Shown here piece by piece: positions 27,753-36,604 of a DNA stretch of 50,854 nucleotides (the first letter of the stretch is position 1; the number at the start of each line of letters is the position of its first letter). The position numbers and the translations under genes were made by a program. This DNA comes from a virus (lineage: Duplodnaviria; Caudoviricetes), in the IMG/VR virus record IMGVR_UViG_3300026968_000004, positions 1-50,854 of that record, one strand, 5' to 3'. The notes under the pieces were generated by a model that saw only the letters and a list, made by a program, of their open reading frames with translations, was not told where the DNA came from and did no database searches.

Positions 27753-29804
27753 ATGAATAAAGAGTTCCAAACCATAATTAAAGTTGGAATGAATAGTACA
27801 GAATTCAATAAAAACAGTGCAGAGGTATCAAGGAGAATAAAACTCTTGGATACCTCTTTTCGTGAAGCATCAGCCAGAGCCAAGGCATTTGGTGAAACAA
27901 CAGATACCCTGAAACAGAAATATACTGCCCTTACAGAAAAAATTAATATACAGACATTACGAGTTAAAAACTTGAAAGACCAGTATGAAAAAAGTAAAAA
28001 GGAAACTGGTGAAAACAGCAAAGCCACTAGTGTATTAGCAATTAAATACAATAATGCTATAACCAGCCTCAGAAAAATGGAAGGGCAGTTAGAGAAAACA
28101 AACAAGGACATAAAAGCACAATCCAAAGCATTTACAGAAGCACAGAAAAAGTTGAAGGAATATGGGGAACGTGCTAAGAAAGTAGGACAGCAAGCTAAAG
28201 AAGTATCTAATGGAATGCTTAAGGTTGGGACTGCTGTTACAGCTATAGGAGTAGCAATAACTAAGTTTGGAGTAGACTTTGATACTTCCATGAGAAAAGT
28301 CAAGACCATAGCAGATGAAGCACAAGTGAGTAATGAAAAACTTAGTAAAAGTGTCTTGGAGTTAAGTAAAAAATATGGTGAATCCAGTACTGGAATAGCA
28401 GAAGCATTATATCAAACGTTAAGTGCAGGAGTTAAAACAAGTGAATCCATAACATTCCTAGATGATGCAATAAAAAATAGCATAGGTGGTTTTACAGATG
28501 CTACAACCAGTGTCAATACATTAACTAACATACTTAATGCTTATGGATTAGAGACAAAAAGAGCTATGGAAATATCGGATAAACTTCTTGTATTACAGAA
28601 ACTAGGTAAAACAACCATAGGAGAATTTGGAGATACTATCGGTAGGGTTGCACCTTTGGCAGCACAAGCAAATGTAAGTATAGATGAATTATTATCCTCT
28701 ATAACTGCATTGACAAAAGGCTCAATTAAAGACAAAGAAGCTATTACTGCAATGAAAGCCATCATAGCAAGTATAATAAAACCTACAGAAGAAGCAAGTG
28801 AAGAAGCTGAAAAATTAGGGTTGAATTTTAGTGCTACAGGACTAAAAGCAAAAGGATTCTCTAAATTCCTGGATTTGGTTATGAAAAGTACAGGTGGTAA
28901 TACAGAAAGCTTGACTAAGCTGTTTGGTTCTGTAGAAGCCTTGAATGCTGTAATGTTATTAACTAGTTCTAAAGGTAATAAAGATTTTAAGGAAGCTTTA
29001 GATGCCATGGCTAATTCAGTAGGTACTACAGATGAAGCAGTACAAGATATGGATGGTACTGGTAAAACTTTAGCTAGGACCATAGAATCTGTAAAAACAA
29101 GTGCTATTAAAGCATTCCAAGCATTAGAGCCAGCAATACAAGGTGTATTAGGATTTATTAAACTTGTATTTGGTAGTTTAGGGAATCTAAATCCTAAAGT
29201 ATTACAGACTATTGCTATTTTCGGTGCACTTGTCTTTACATTAGGTATATTCGTGAAGATAGGTTCTTCCATAGCAACAATAAGTGGTGCTATATCTGCT
29301 GGTCTAGCAGCTGTTGGTGTTGCCAGTGGAGGAGCAAGTGTTGGCATGGGAGCTTTAGGTGCAGTTTCAGCTGCAAGTGTCAGCCCTATTCTTTTAGTAG
29401 TAGGAGCATTAGCAGCATTGGCGGTAGTACTTGCTGTAATAATAGGAAGAAGTGGAGAGGTTACTGATAGCATAAATTCTATTGGTAATATGAAAATGCC
29501 ACAAATAGAAGTACCTAAGGTAGAAACACCAAAAATAAAATATAATACTATCAGGGTTGATGGAATAAACGGTTACGATACAGGAACAAATCGTTTATCA
29601 AGAGATCAGCTAATTTATGCACATAAAGACAAAGCTATTGTTCCAGCAAAAGACAATCCTTTCAATCCTGATGCAACAACCAATGGTTTAGGTGGAGGGG
29701 ATATAGTCAATATCTACATAGATGCTAAAACAACAAAAGAATATAACGATTTAGTAGACATGGCTAAAAACTTAAAACGTAGGAGAAGGGTGGGATTAGC
29801 TTAA
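27753..29804 (+). CDS. Tail tape measure protein (TP901 family)
   Basis: DFDTSMRKV, AEALYQTLSAG, GKTTIGE, LFGSVEA; Ala/Gly-rich hydrophobic stretch; 683 aa. Confidence 0.93.
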   Translation: MNKEFQTIIKVGMNSTEFNKNSAEVSRRIKLLDTSFREASARAKAFGETTDTLKQKYTALTEKINIQTLRVKNLKDQYEKSKKETGENSKATSVLAIKYNNAITSLRKMEGQLEKTNKDIKAQSKAFTEAQKKLKEYGERAKKVGQQAKEVSNGMLKVGTAVTAIGVAITKFGVDFDTSMRKVKTIADEAQVSNEKLSKSVLELSKKYGESSTGIAEALYQTLSAGVKTSESITFLDDAIKNSIGGFTDATTSVNTLTNILNAYGLETKRAMEISDKLLVLQKLGKTTIGEFGDTIGRVAPLAAQANVSIDELLSSITALTKGSIKDKEAITAMKAIIASIIKPTEEASEEAEKLGLNFSATGLKAKGFSKFLDLVMKSTGGNTESLTKLFGSVEALNAVMLLTSSKGNKDFKEALDAMANSVGTTDEAVQDMDGTGKTLARTIESVKTSAIKAFQALEPAIQGVLGFIKLVFGSLGNLNPKVLQTIAIFGALVFTLGIFVKIGSSIATISGAISAGLAAVGVASGGASVGMGALGAVSAASVSPILLVVGALAALAVVLAVIIGRSGEVTDSINSIGNMKMPQIEVPKVETPKIKYNTIRVDGINGYDTGTNRLSRDQLIYAHKDKAIVPAKDNPFNPDATTNGLGGGDIVNIYIDAKTTKEYNDLVDMAKNLKRRRRVGLA

Positions 29805-31522
29805 TGGCTCAACATACAGTTACTTTGCCAATAATAAAAAATGGATATGTTTCAGAAGTTTACCCTTATCAGCATTATAATGTAAATGATTATTTACTAA
29901 GTGGCTTGACTTTTACGGATTCACCATATGTTTATAGAACTTATCGAATCGTACTAGGTTTTGATAAAGTATTATTTCCAGTTAGAAAAAAGATTGTAGA
30001 TTCTGTTTTACATTATTATTTGGTGGATGCAGTTACTACGTACCAGCCATTCGACAATATTGAAATAGCATGGAGTCTAGCCAACGAATGGAATGAAAGC
30101 ACAGTAACTTATAATAATTGCCCTATACTATCAGAAACTTCCAATAAAAGAACAAGAAATAATATAACCAGTGGTTGGAGACAATTCCATTTTTCTAATA
30201 CAAATTATATTAATGGCATTGCTTTTGAAGTTGGAAAGCCTTTCCAGGACACAGAACACAGAGTATATTCTCGTACTAGTTCTTATGCGCCTTATATAGT
30301 AGTTACCTATGAAGATGTGCCACCAGATTCACCAACATTAATAAAACCTATTGGAAATTATGTAAATAATTTTTCAGCAATCCGTTTTGAATGGAGTTAT
30401 AACTCTTCTGTAGGAGGTATTCAAAAGAAGTTTGATTTGCAATGGTCCAATAATAATGGTAGCAGTTGGAATACAGTTACACAAACAACAGCAAATAATT
30501 ATTATGATATGCCAGCTAATACATTACCAACTGGTAATATAATGTGGAGAGTTAGAACGTACAATGAGTATAACGAGGTTGGGGCTTATTCAGAAAACAA
30601 GATCTTTTATAGTGTAGGAGCACCAGAAACACCATTTATAACAACTGTAGAAAACAATTGCAGACCTATAATTCAATGGGGAAGTTTTAATCAACAATTA
30701 TATCAGGTACAAATAAAAAAAGTTGATAAAATAATTTATGACAGTAACAATATTGCAAGTGTTGTAGATAAACAATATAAAATACCTATATTCTTAGATG
30801 ATGGGGATTATATTGCAAGAATACGAATCAAGAATGAATATGATTTTTACAGCCAATGGGGTGAAAAGAGTTTTACAATATCCACAACAAAACCATCAAA
30901 ACCCGATATCTCATTAACAAACAATAATAAAGGTATATCTATCATAAGTAATATTACAGATACAGAAGCTAAATATATAGTCTATAGAAAAGCCTATAAT
31001 GAATCTGATTATATTTCTGTAGGATACATAGAAAACAATAAATATGATGACTTTAAAACTAAAAGTAATGAGTTGTATTCTTATTTTATTAGGTTATATA
31101 GGGGAAATTCCTATAACGATAGTGAAGTAAAGACAATGAAATTCTTGATAAAAAATCATGATTTCTATGATGTTATCAATAATGAATCAGTCACTTTTAA
31201 ATACCAATTATCTCCAGAAGGAAAGCCGACTTATTATAAAAATAACTATAGCATTAATTACTATAATGGAAGAACCTATCCTGTATTTAATTATAGTCCA
31301 CATAAAAGTCTGAATTATTCTTTTGAATTTTTTGCAGAAAAATATAATGATGTTGAAAGGTTAATAACCATTCATAACAATAAAAATATTGTGCTATATA
31401 GGAATGACTATATAAAGGATTATGGATACATAACAGATCTTACTACAATAAAAAATAGAAATGGTTTTATAGTCAAATTTAATTTGAATAAAGCAGAATA
31501 CAACGAAGAATTGGAGGTCTAA
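29804..31522 (+). CDS. Tail/baseplate protein (evolved Dit-like, with DNRLRE-like and FN3-like domains)
   Basis: WNESTVTYNNCP, APYIVVTY, WRVRTYN; follows tape measure. Confidence 0.65.
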   Translation: MAQHTVTLPIIKNGYVSEVYPYQHYNVNDYLLSGLTFTDSPYVYRTYRIVLGFDKVLFPVRKKIVDSVLHYYLVDAVTTYQPFDNIEIAWSLANEWNESTVTYNNCPILSETSNKRTRNNITSGWRQFHFSNTNYINGIAFEVGKPFQDTEHRVYSRTSSYAPYIVVTYEDVPPDSPTLIKPIGNYVNNFSAIRFEWSYNSSVGGIQKKFDLQWSNNNGSSWNTVTQTTANNYYDMPANTLPTGNIMWRVRTYNEYNEVGAYSENKIFYSVGAPETPFITTVENNCRPIIQWGSFNQQLYQVQIKKVDKIIYDSNNIASVVDKQYKIPIFLDDGDYIARIRIKNEYDFYSQWGEKSFTISTTKPSKPDISLTNNNKGISIISNITDTEAKYIVYRKAYNESDYISVGYIENNKYDDFKTKSNELYSYFIRLYRGNSYNDSEVKTMKFLIKNHDFYDVINNESVTFKYQLSPEGKPTYYKNNYSINYYNGRTYPVFNYSPHKSLNYSFEFFAEKYNDVERLITIHNNKNIVLYRNDYIKDYGYITDLTTIKNRNGFIVKFNLNKAEYNEELEV

Positions 31523-31525
31523 AGT

Positions 31526-32635
31526 TTGTTAACACTAGCTAAGAGTGGATACACAGAACAAGAAGTTATAAAAGCTTTACACTCCAGTAGAGAAATAAAG
31601 TTTAAGTATAATTTATTGAATAAGGATGAAGTTAAAATAGGAGAATTGACTACATTAGATAATGGAAATATCATATATGTAGATAGTTTGGCAGAAATAA
31701 AAAGAACCGCTAGTTTTGTTTTCAAAGAAAATGAAACGAAGGATATTGATTTTCTGAACGATAGGATTCAACCTATGTTTTGCCTGAAAATGCCTAATGA
31801 TTATATAGAATGGTCATTAGGTATTTTCTTGCTAAATTCTCCAACTAGAGAAGAAAACTATAACGATATATTACGAAAAGTTACAGCATATGATTCAAAT
31901 TTGATTTTGAAAGAAGATAAGTTTGATAATAGATACAGAATAGCAGCTAATACAAATTATATTAATGCTATAAATAATATTATCAATGGTGCTGGAATAA
32001 GAAAAATCAATATCGTGGATAATGGGTATACATTAAATAAAGACAAGGAATTTGAAATAGGTACAAATAAATTAGAAGCGATTAATGCTTTATTGAAAGA
32101 GATGAATTATACAACATTATGTGTGGATAAAAACGGTTACTTCATATCAAAGCCTTATGTATTACCTACTTATTTAAATGCTGAATACAGTTACAAAAAT
32201 GATGACATGAGTATAATCTATAATGGTGCAATAGATGAACTAGACTTATTCAATGTACCTAATAAATGGGTGGTGACTGCAAGTAACCCAGAAGAAATAC
32301 CTTTGACAAGTATATATGTCAATAATTTACCAAGTTCTAAAACTAGTATTTATAGTAGAGGGCGAACGATTACTAAAGTAAAACAAATAGACAGTATTTT
32401 AAATCAGCAAAAGTTAAATGAATATACTAAAAAACTAGCAATAGAAGATAGCCAGGTTTATGGAAGAATCATTTTTGATACGGCATTAATGCCCCATCAT
32501 AGTTATAACAACATTCTATTCATAGATCATTCCGATTTTGGTATATCTACTAAATATGAAGAAACTAGTTGGAGAATGGACTTAAGTTTAAAAGGAAGAA
32601 TGAATCATGAGTGTAGAAGGGTGGTTTTAGTATGA
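31526..32635 (+). CDS. Tail tip/hub protein
   Basis: IKRTASF, LGIFLL, DLFNVPNKWV, RGRTI, TALMPHH; synteny. Confidence 0.7.
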   Translation: MLTLAKSGYTEQEVIKALHSSREIKFKYNLLNKDEVKIGELTTLDNGNIIYVDSLAEIKRTASFVFKENETKDIDFLNDRIQPMFCLKMPNDYIEWSLGIFLLNSPTREENYNDILRKVTAYDSNLILKEDKFDNRYRIAANTNYINAINNIINGAGIRKINIVDNGYTLNKDKEFEIGTNKLEAINALLKEMNYTTLCVDKNGYFISKPYVLPTYLNAEYSYKNDDMSIIYNGAIDELDLFNVPNKWVVTASNPEEIPLTSIYVNNLPSSKTSIYSRGRTITKVKQIDSILNQQKLNEYTKKLAIEDSQVYGRIIFDTALMPHHSYNNILFIDHSDFGISTKYEETSWRMDLSLKGRMNHECRRVVLV

Positions 32636-33213
32636 GTGATATTCCAACAGCCAGTGAAGTCATAGAAAATACAAAGCAAGAGGAAATACAGAAGCCTTTT
32701 AAACTAGGTATTGTAAAAGGTTTATTTGAAAATAAGACAGCCAAAATACAATTTGATGGTGAAGAGAATGCAAGTGAAAAACAATACTCTTATTTAGCTG
32801 ATTATAAACCAGCTGTAAATGATAGAGTATTGTTGGCTAGGGTTGCAGATACTTATATAGTAATTAATAAAATCAATTATAAAGTAGAGCCACCCGAACC
32901 ACCAAAACCAACAAATACTTTTTCACAACTATATGTAAATGGTACTGCACAGATACGAACACTAGATGTTAACGGTAATGCTGAGCTACAAGGGGCAAAG
33001 TTTACTGGTGGTGTTGACTTTCACAGTGGAGTTGAATTTCATAGTAGTACAGTTTGTAAAAGTAGTTTTAGGACAGATGGCAGTCTAGGATTTTTTAACA
33101 GAACACCAACATACAAACGTTCAGTTAGAAGTCTATATAGTTCTGATAACAGCAGCCTAAAAAATAAAATCAATGAAATGATAACCGTATTGAATCAATA
33201 TGGGTTATTTTAA
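32632..33213 (+). CDS. Tail spike-like protein (OB fold plus beta-helix)
   Basis: YKPAVNDRVLL; repetitive beta-strand region; LGFFN. Confidence 0.6.
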   Translation: MSDIPTASEVIENTKQEEIQKPFKLGIVKGLFENKTAKIQFDGEENASEKQYSYLADYKPAVNDRVLLARVADTYIVINKINYKVEPPEPPKPTNTFSQLYVNGTAQIRTLDVNGNAELQGAKFTGGVDFHSGVEFHSSTVCKSSFRTDGSLGFFNRTPTYKRSVRSLYSSDNSSLKNKINEMITVLNQYGLF

Positions 33214-33227
33214 TAGGGGGGGATAAT

Positions 33228-34790
33228 TTGAAACAAGAATACAGTATAAAAGTAGGTACACAAAAGAGATTACATTACATAGAAAACATTAATTTTGTTA
33301 CATTGGATACTAACATGATCAACATCAAACTATACGATGAAGAAGATAACATCATTGATCTAACGGATAGTAATGTGAAAATAAACTATGAAGATGAACA
33401 AGGTAAAAAATATTATCAGGATGAAGATTCAGGATGCATTATTGAAGATGCTGTGAATGGATTGATACAAGTAACTATTGATAATGGGATATTCTCAAAC
33501 CAAGGGAAAATAAAAGCTGAAATAGTAATCAAAACTGATAAAGATAGAATAACAACTAATCAATTTACATTTAACTCTAGAATACCAATAGACATAGATG
33601 GAGAAGCAGTAAAACCACAAGAGATTATACTATGGACAGAAAAAATAGAAGAGATTGAAGAGAACATCAAAGGAATAAAATCAAAGACCGACAAAATAAA
33701 GATTAAAAGTAGCAATAACTATTTCATAGGTAATGTTGCTGGCGAATTCGCTACTGGTGGAATGAACAATATAGGTATTGGATTTCAATCTTTTGCTTTC
33801 AATGAAAGAGGTAGTAATAATACAGCAATGGGAAGTGACTCACTATCAGCTAATAGAACAGGAGCTAATAATATAGCAGTGGGTTATGGTTCTCTCAGAG
33901 GTAATATTAGAGGTAATGATAATATCGGATTAGGTTTTCAAGTGTTAAGTAAAAATACTTTAGGTTTTAGTAATATAGGTATTGGCTATAAAAGTTTATG
34001 GAGTAACACTACTGGTCAAGATAATATATCAATAGGTGCAAGTGCCTTAAAGTATAATACTACAGGCAGTAATAATATAGGGATAGGAAGAGACAGTCTA
34101 AATTGTGTAGAAGAAACCAGTAGAAATATAGGGATAGGAAAAGAAAGTTTAGGTAGCTGCTATGATGGCAGAGATAATATAGGAATAGGCTATCAGTGTT
34201 TATATTATATTGAAGATGGCAGTGATAATATAGCATTAGGTGACTATTCCTCTTTGTATACAATAGAAGGTAATGATGTTATAAGTTACAACAATTCCAT
34301 TGCAATAGGAACAAAAACATATTTAAGCAGCTCTGATCAAGTACGATTAGGGAATACAAATAATACTGTATATACATATGGAAGTGTTCATAACAGAGCA
34401 GATGAAAGGGATATAGCTGATCTAGAAGATACTAAATTAGGATTGGATTTCATACTGGGATTGAAACCAAGACAATTTAAGTTTAATTACAGAGAAGATT
34501 ATATCCAACTAGCTGAAAATGGTCATATTACTAAATTACAGAAAGATGGTTCTAAGAAAAGGAATAGGATACATCAAGGTTTCAGTGGACAAGAGATAAA
34601 ACAATTATTGGAAGATAAAAAAATTGATTTTGGTGGATATCAAGATCATAGCATCAATGGTGGAGAGGATGTATTAACCGTAGGATATGCAGAATTTATA
34701 GCACCTTTAGTTAAAGCAGTACAAGAGCAGCAATGGATAATTGATGGTTTATTTCATAAGATAGAAGCAATAGAAAACAAACTAATATAG
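33228..34790 (+). CDS. Receptor-binding tail fibre: BppU-like N-terminus, NxxxG repeats, C-terminal intramolecular chaperone (S74-like)
   Basis: IDLT...DAVNGLIQV BppU; 14-aa NIGIG repeats; LGLDFILGLKP...HQGF..QE...YAEFIAPLVKAVQE. Confidence 0.85.
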   Translation: MKQEYSIKVGTQKRLHYIENINFVTLDTNMINIKLYDEEDNIIDLTDSNVKINYEDEQGKKYYQDEDSGCIIEDAVNGLIQVTIDNGIFSNQGKIKAEIVIKTDKDRITTNQFTFNSRIPIDIDGEAVKPQEIILWTEKIEEIEENIKGIKSKTDKIKIKSSNNYFIGNVAGEFATGGMNNIGIGFQSFAFNERGSNNTAMGSDSLSANRTGANNIAVGYGSLRGNIRGNDNIGLGFQVLSKNTLGFSNIGIGYKSLWSNTTGQDNISIGASALKYNTTGSNNIGIGRDSLNCVEETSRNIGIGKESLGSCYDGRDNIGIGYQCLYYIEDGSDNIALGDYSSLYTIEGNDVISYNNSIAIGTKTYLSSSDQVRLGNTNNTVYTYGSVHNRADERDIADLEDTKLGLDFILGLKPRQFKFNYREDYIQLAENGHITKLQKDGSKKRNRIHQGFSGQEIKQLLEDKKIDFGGYQDHSINGGEDVLTVGYAEFIAPLVKAVQEQQWIIDGLFHKIEAIENKLI

Positions 34791-34802
34791 AAGGTGTAAA
34801 AA

Positions 34803-35066
34803 ATGAGTGATATAGTAACACAAAAAGAATTTTATGAAGCAATACAGAAAGTTACAAAAGAGACTAACGATCTAACAATAGCAATGACAGAAACTAAGAC
34901 ACTCATAAGAGACTACAACGGGTTAAGGCAGACTATAAATGATGTAGATGATAGAGTACAAAAGCTAGAAAATGACAAAGACAATAAAAAGAATTATAGA
35001 GAGTACATAGCATGGCTAGTGGCGTTAGTTAATACGTTACTAGCTATTGTTATGTCAATAAAATGA
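34803..35066 (+). CDS. Coiled-coil membrane protein in the lysis module (XhlA-like)
   Basis: IRDYNGLR coiled coil plus C-terminal TM helix. Confidence 0.6.
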   Translation: MSDIVTQKEFYEAIQKVTKETNDLTIAMTETKTLIRDYNGLRQTINDVDDRVQKLENDKDNKKNYREYIAWLVALVNTLLAIVMSIK

Positions 35067-35099
35067 TAATAAAACATAAAAAGAAATGGAGAGATAAAT

Positions 35100-35741
35100 A
35101 TGAGTATAGCAGTAGTAGGAAGTAAATTTAAAATTGAAGCACCAAATAATAACAAACCAGAATACATAATAATTCACCATGCACTGGCAAAACATTGCAC
35201 TATAGATGATATTCAAAGATGGCATTTGGATTTAGGGTGGTCTGGGATAGGTTATCACTACTTTATTAGTAAAGATGGCTATATATTTGAAGGAAGAAAG
35301 GAAGAGCAAAGAGGAGGACATTGTAAACAGGGAGACATGAATAGTAGATCTATAGGTATATGTTTAGAGGGTTGTTACGAAGATTATAAGAAGCAAACGG
35401 ATAAAGATGTACCAGCAAAGCAAATAAAGGCATTATTTAATCTTACAAAGCACTTACAAAGAAAGTATAATATTCCAGTAAGTAATGTAAAAAGACATCA
35501 TGATTTTGCACCTTATAAATTGTGTCCAGGTAATTACTTCCCTTGGGAAGAATTTGTAGAAACACTTAAAGGAGAAAATATTTTGCCAGATATATATAAA
35601 CATTGGGCTAAAAATAATATTTATAAAGTAGTAGCAGCTGGAATAATGGAAGGTTTTCCAGATGGAGAATTTAAACCTAACTTAACAGTTACTAGAGCAG
35701 AATTAGCAACAGTAGTAGCCAACTTGTTAGACATATTGTAA
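35100..35741 (+). CDS. Endolysin: N-acetylmuramoyl-L-alanine amidase (Amidase_2) with SLH domain
   Basis: IIIHH, GWSGIGYHY, SIGICLEG, RHHD...CPG; HWA...GFPDGEFKP..VTRAE. Confidence 0.93.
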   Translation: MSIAVVGSKFKIEAPNNNKPEYIIIHHALAKHCTIDDIQRWHLDLGWSGIGYHYFISKDGYIFEGRKEEQRGGHCKQGDMNSRSIGICLEGCYEDYKKQTDKDVPAKQIKALFNLTKHLQRKYNIPVSNVKRHHDFAPYKLCPGNYFPWEEFVETLKGENILPDIYKHWAKNNIYKVVAAGIMEGFPDGEFKPNLTVTRAELATVVANLLDIL

Positions 35742-35829
35742 GATTAAAGCTTGTTTAATTAATATTGTTAAGATAAGTGAGAAGCAAGAAATATAAAGGT
35801 GAAAGACAAAAAGATTGGAGAGATGTAAC

Positions 35830-36135
35830 ATGGACTGGACAGCAATATTAAGCTTCATACAACCAAAATTATTTATTTTAATTATATTTTTATACTGCTT
35901 AGGGTTATTTTTAAAAAAGATACCCATATTTAAAGCTGAATGGCTTATACCTATTATCTTATTAGGTGTAAGCTTATTTATTACCGTCATTTACCTGGGT
36001 ATTGTAATAGAGGGTAAGTTTACTGCAGTAGTAATTGTAACTGCGATTATACAATCGGTTATCATAGCAGCAATAGCGGTATTTGGTAATGAGATAATTA
36101 AACAATTAACCAAGAAAAGAAAATTAGATAAATAA
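35830..36135 (+). CDS. Holin
   Basis: Three TM helices, LGLFLK...WLIP, basic C-terminus; next to endolysin. Confidence 0.85.
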   Translation: MDWTAILSFIQPKLFILIIFLYCLGLFLKKIPIFKAEWLIPIILLGVSLFITVIYLGIVIEGKFTAVVIVTAIIQSVIIAAIAVFGNEIIKQLTKKRKLDK

Positions 36136-36185
36136 TATTTAAGCCTACTTCATTAGGTTCTTTTTAACTAAAATTATACTAAAAA

Positions 36186-36293
36186 TTGACTAGAGGAGTA
36201 TTAATAATGAGGTCATTCAGAAAGACATTGCAGAGACAGAGATATAAAAATTTACATAATAAATAAAAAGAATTATAAATAAGTAATAATTGA
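36186..36293 (+). pseudogene. Heavily deleted dam remnant
   Basis: RBS + ATG AGG TCA TTC (MRSF), AGACATTGCAGAGACAGAGATATA and AATTTACATA...AAAGAATTA patches match the start, middle and end of the dam at 46669-47427. Confidence 0.65.
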
Positions 36294-36298
36294 TATTA

Positions 36299-36363
36299 AA
36301 ACCTACATCATTCATGGGTGTAGGTCTTTTTTTATTGCATTAAAATAAAGTTTTTGATATTAT
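36299..36363 (+). promoter_or_regulatory. Terminator followed by sigma-A promoter of the small-protein/NLR operon
   Basis: ACCTACATC...GGTGTAGGT+T tract, then TTGCAT-17-TATTAT with extended TG. Confidence 0.7.
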
Positions 36364-36412
36364 TATTATAATTTAAGATTATGGATTAATTAATGCTATA
36401 AAGGAGGTAATT

Positions 36413-36592
36413 ATGAATTTTTTAACTAACTTTTTAAAGGATAATTATGAATGGTTATTTTCTGGTGTTTTATCAGGATTAATATTCTTCTTACTTGGAA
36501 ATAAAAAGGGGTATGATAGAGCTATAAAACAAAACCAAAAAATAGGGAATAATAGTAAAGGAATTCAAGTAGGTGGTAATATTACAAAATAA
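36413..36592 (+). CDS. 59-aa membrane protein with C-terminal RHIM-like amyloid-type motif (candidate effector)
   Basis: AAGGAGGT RBS; MNFLTNFLKDNYEWLFSGVLSGLIFFLLGNKKGYDRAIKQNQKIGNNSKGIQVGGNITK; below the ORF-track cutoff. Confidence 0.85.
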   Translation: MNFLTNFLKDNYEWLFSGVLSGLIFFLLGNKKGYDRAIKQNQKIGNNSKGIQVGGNITK

Positions 36593-36604
36593 GGAGTATA
36601 GCAA

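Noticed and set aside
33760-34310. 42-nt periodic repeats in the tail fibre
   Set aside because: Ordinary 14-aa NxxxG beta-repeat coding sequence
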